Part shown: one piece after another, positions 61,457 through 64,000 of the stretch
Position numbering within the stretch: the stretch's first letter is position 1
Layout of the letters: each line of letters starts with the position of its first letter
Assembly: GCA_964559455.1 (NCBI GenBank)
Contig: CAZLHO010000007.1
Coordinates: 14,636-78,635, forward strand
Origin: an uncultured Fibrobacteraceae bacterium
GTDB taxonomy: Bacteria > Krumholzibacteriota > Krumholzibacteriia > LZORAL124-64-63
Length of the DNA stretch: 64,000 bases
Direction: 5' to 3'
Translations under genes and position numbers: made by a program
The notes under the pieces: generated by a model
Database searches by the model: none
Seen by the model: the letters and a program-made list of their open reading frames with translations, nothing else
What the model was told of the DNA's origin: nothing

Positions 61457-61851
61457 TCACCCGGAACCTGAAGTTGACCCGCGTCTGCACGACCGGCCTG
61501 GCCGTGGCCGCCTACCCGGTGCTTCGCGTCGTGGTCGATCCGGCCTTCGCCAACGCCTTCCTGGCCGCGGCGCTCTGGGCGGTGGCGGGTTTCTGGCTGA
61601 TCGAGCTCCTGGTGGGCGTGGCCCTGCTGCCCCCGGGCTCGGCCCGGCCCCGACGGCGGGTCGCGTTGCTGACGGCGGGCAAGCTGGTTCTCTACGCCGT
61701 CGGCGTGATCGCCCTGATCCGCGGACTGGTGCAGCCCTACGGGGCGCTGGCGGGATTTTCCTTGTTGCTTGTGGTGCTGGTCGTGACCAATTTTGCGGGA
61801 GCTTCACGGCGGATGCGGACTCCAGCGGGCGGACGAGATGGCGATGACTGA
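61453..61851 (+). CDS. atpI: AtpI-like membrane protein (ATP synthase protein I)
   Basis: 132 aa with 3-4 TM helices. ATGA overlap with atpZ. Positioned directly before atpB. Confidence 0.45.
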   Translation: MITRNLKLTRVCTTGLAVAAYPVLRVVVDPAFANAFLAAALWAVAGFWLIELLVGVALLPPGSARPRRRVALLTAGKLVLYAVGVIALIRGLVQPYGALAGFSLLLVVLVVTNFAGASRRMRTPAGGRDGDD

Positions 61852-62827
61852 CTCGAAACGCTTCCTGACCACGGCCCTGCTCTGCGCAGCCTGCGCCTTC
61901 GCCCTCCCGGCGGCGGCCCAGGACGACGGCCACGGCCACGCCGACCCGGCCGCGCAGGTCGAGGAGCACGCCGCGGCCGACGCGCATGGCGACGCCCAGA
62001 CCCACGCCGCCGACGCCGAGGAAGGCCACGGCGGCGGGCACGAAGCCGATCCCTACCACCTGCTGAACCTGGTCGGCGTCGCCACCGGACTGATGGCCGG
62101 CGACGGCGCTCCCGCGTCGGACTCGATCCTGGTCCGCTTCCAGGACCCCATCTTCTCGGCCCTGGCCTCGCTGATCATCGTGCTGCTCTTCGCCCGCGTC
62201 TACATGCGGCGCACGCAGGATCCCACGCGGCTGCAGGCGGCCGTCGAGATCGTGGTCGGCGGACTCTACAACCTCTTCGAGAACGTCATCGGCCCCACGG
62301 CCCGGCGCTACACGCCCTACCTGGGCACGCTCTTCCTCTTCATCCTGATCAACAACCTGATGGGGCTGGTGCCCCTGCTGCACGCCTCGACCTCGTCGAT
62401 CAACACGACGCTGGCGCTGGCGCTCTGCACCTTCTTCTACGTGCAGTACATCGGGATCAAGGAGAACGGGCCGCTGGGCTACCTGCACCACATGGCCGGG
62501 TCGCCCCGCAGCGGCGTCGAGTGGGCCTTCGTGCCGCTGATGTTCCCCCTGCACCTGCTCGGCGAGTTCATCAAGCCCGTCAGCCTGAGCCTGCGTCTCT
62601 TCGGCAACGTGATGGGCGAGGACAAGCTGATCGCGGTCTTCATCATCCTGGGCGCCGGCATGTTCTCGGCGCTGCACCTGCCCTTCGGCCTGCCGATCCA
62701 GGTGCCGATCATGTTCCTGGCGATCCTGACCAGCACCATCCAGGCGCTGGTCTTCACGTTGCTGTCCACGGTCTACATCGCCCTCATGCTGCCCCACCAC
62801 GAAGATGGCGAGGCGCACGGGCATTAA
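61838..62827 (+). CDS. atpB: F0F1 ATP synthase subunit a, with N-terminal signal peptide and His/Asp-rich extension
   Basis: The subunit-a core is LFLFILINNLMGLVP...LSLRLFGNVMGEDKLIAVF. The N-terminal ~80 aa are MAMTDSKRFLTTALLCAACAFALPAAAQDDGHGHADPAAQVEEHAAADAHGDAQTHAADAEEGHGGGHEADPYH. Confidence 0.85.
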   Translation: MAMTDSKRFLTTALLCAACAFALPAAAQDDGHGHADPAAQVEEHAAADAHGDAQTHAADAEEGHGGGHEADPYHLLNLVGVATGLMAGDGAPASDSILVRFQDPIFSALASLIIVLLFARVYMRRTQDPTRLQAAVEIVVGGLYNLFENVIGPTARRYTPYLGTLFLFILINNLMGLVPLLHASTSSINTTLALALCTFFYVQYIGIKENGPLGYLHHMAGSPRSGVEWAFVPLMFPLHLLGEFIKPVSLSLRLFGNVMGEDKLIAVFIILGAGMFSALHLPFGLPIQVPIMFLAILTSTIQALVFTLLSTVYIALMLPHHEDGEAHGH

Positions 62828-62888
62828 CCCGGAGGGTACTCCGGAAGCAGGCGGGCAACCGCCCGGCAAACCCCGTTAAGGAGGCACA

Positions 62889-63113
62889 ATGGAACTGCTA
62901 GGTTTGGCTCTCCCCCTCGGTGTCGGCATCGCCGCCGTCGGTTCCGGTCTCGGCCTGGGCCGCGCGATCGGATCCGCCATGGAGGCCATGGGCCGTCAGC
63001 CCGAGGCGATCGGCCAGATCCAGACCGCGATGATCATCGGCTGCGCCTTCATCGAGGCCCTGACGATCTACGCGCTGCTTTCCGTCATCCTGTTGATGGG
63101 CAAGCTGGGCTAG
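62889..63113 (+). CDS. atpE: F0F1 ATP synthase subunit c
   Basis: 74 aa hairpin proteolipid (GLGLGRAIGSAMEAMGRQPEA ... FIEALTIYALL). Confidence 0.9.
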   Translation: MELLGLALPLGVGIAAVGSGLGLGRAIGSAMEAMGRQPEAIGQIQTAMIIGCAFIEALTIYALLSVILLMGKLG

Positions 63114-63215
63114 ACCCGCGCCGCTCCCCCGCGCTCCGGCGCGCGGGGAGGGCGTTCGCCCCGTCCCCGGCAGAGGCCGCGGGACGTGTTCCGTCGACAC
63201 CGGAAGGTTCACGGC

Positions 63216-63707
63216 ATGCATATCGATTTTCCGGTCCTGCTGACCACCGTCCTCGGGTTCCTGATCGTCGTCTGGATCCTGCGCAAGTACGCGTGGAATC
63301 CGATCCTCGATCTGCTCGACGCGCGGCGCGAGAAGATCCGCGCCGATTTCGCCGAGGCCGACGGCGCCCGGTCCGAGGCCGAGAAGCTGAAGGGCGACTT
63401 CGAGCTCCAGCTCTCGGAGATCAAGGTCATCGAGCGAGAGCGCGTGCAGGAGGCGGCCAAGCAGGGCGAGGAGCTGGCCGGCCGCATCCGCAGCGAGGCG
63501 CAGCAGAAGGCCGAGGCCTCGCTGGCCAAGGCCCGCACCGACATCGAGGTCGAGACCCAGAAGGCCCAGGTGGGACTGCGCGACGACGTGGTCGACCTGG
63601 CCCTGGGCGCGGCCGAGAAGCTGATCGGGGCGAAGCTCGACGACGAGGCGCACCGCCGCCTGATCCGCGAGTACATCGACGAGCTCGGAGGGACGCGCCA
63701 TGCGTAA
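63216..63707 (+). CDS. atpF: F0F1 ATP synthase subunit b
   Basis: Single N-terminal TM (PVLLTTVLGFLIVVWIL) followed by a long charged helix. Start at MHIDFPV. Confidence 0.8.
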   Translation: MHIDFPVLLTTVLGFLIVVWILRKYAWNPILDLLDARREKIRADFAEADGARSEAEKLKGDFELQLSEIKVIERERVQEAAKQGEELAGRIRSEAQQKAEASLAKARTDIEVETQKAQVGLRDDVVDLALGAAEKLIGAKLDDEAHRRLIREYIDELGGTRHA

Positions 63708-64000
63708 CCGCGCCGTCGCCGGCCGCTACGCCCGGGCGCTGCTGGAGGTCTGCCTGGAACAGGGCGTCCTCGAGGGCGTGGCCGAGTCGTACGCCGCCGT
63801 CGCCGCGGCCCTGGACGAGCACCCCCGGCTCGGGGCGATGCTCTCCGGTCCCCAGATCGCCGAGGACGACAAGAAGGCGCTGCTGGAGAAGGTCTTCGGC
63901 GACAAGGTGGAGCCGGTGCTGCTGCGCTTCTTCCACCTGCTGATCGACAAGCGGCGCATCGACGGACTGCGCGACATCGCCGAGGAGTTCCACCTGCTGG
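63700..64000 (+). CDS. atpH: F0F1 ATP synthase subunit delta (OSCP), 5' part; continues beyond window
   Basis: ATG at 63700 gives MRNRAVAGRYARALLEV..., the typical delta/OSCP N-terminus. It overlaps the atpF stop. Confidence 0.8.
   Translation, partial: MRNRAVAGRYARALLEVCLEQGVLEGVAESYAAVAAALDEHPRLGAMLSGPQIAEDDKKALLEKVFGDKVEPVLLRFFHLLIDKRRIDGLRDIAEEFHLL

Overview
This 64 kb window is about 70% GC. The high GC produces many long antisense ORFs in the six-frame track that I treat as artefacts, and I called genes from protein-family signatures, start/RBS context and gene-gene coupling. The window contains the chromosomal replication-origin neighbourhood: gyrA-gyrB-DUF721-recF-dnaN-dnaA on the minus strand, diverging from rpmH-rnpA-yidD-yidC-jag-mnmE-mnmG-rsmG-parA-parB on the plus strand. 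DnaA-box clusters lie in the dnaN/dnaA and dnaA/rpmH spacers. Two parS-like palindromes and a further pair of perfect DnaA boxes lie upstream of parAB. Downstream of parB are a PAS histidine kinase, an M23 peptidase, a bactofilin and the start of an F-type ATP synthase operon (atpZ-atpI-atpB-atpE-atpF-atpH, running off the window end). The first 4 kb hold a translationally coupled quinone late-step cluster (UbiA-like prenyltransferase, UbiX, UbiE/MenG, UbiD). Other housekeeping genes include an ECF sigma/anti-sigma pair, a 5'-nucleotidase, a TlyA methyltransferase, an isocitrate/isopropylmalate-type dehydrogenase, BCAT, HflX, an ABC-F ATPase and an MFS exporter. The accessory content is dominated by three large secreted proteins, each ending in a T9SS/FlgD-Ig-like C-terminal sorting domain: a tandem-duplicated unknown domain protein with a GEVED module, an S8 subtilase with two PKD domains, and a Ca-binding-repeat protein directly downstream of gyrA. 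Alongside these sit a tandem pair of paralogous M29-like aminopeptidases with a DinB-like gene, a sigma-54 two-component system, and a PAP2-like/acidic secreted/DUF2270 trio. Together with TTGACA-type promoters this suggests a high-GC member of the FCB superphylum, such as Gemmatimonadota or an allied candidate phylum; this is an inference. I found no CRISPR array, rRNA, convincing tRNA, or transposase/integrase. I could not pin a single discrete novel system to one locus; the secreted tandem-domain GEVED protein, the T9SS-CTD cargo set, the parS/DnaA-box architecture around parAB, and the bactofilin module are the strongest leads.
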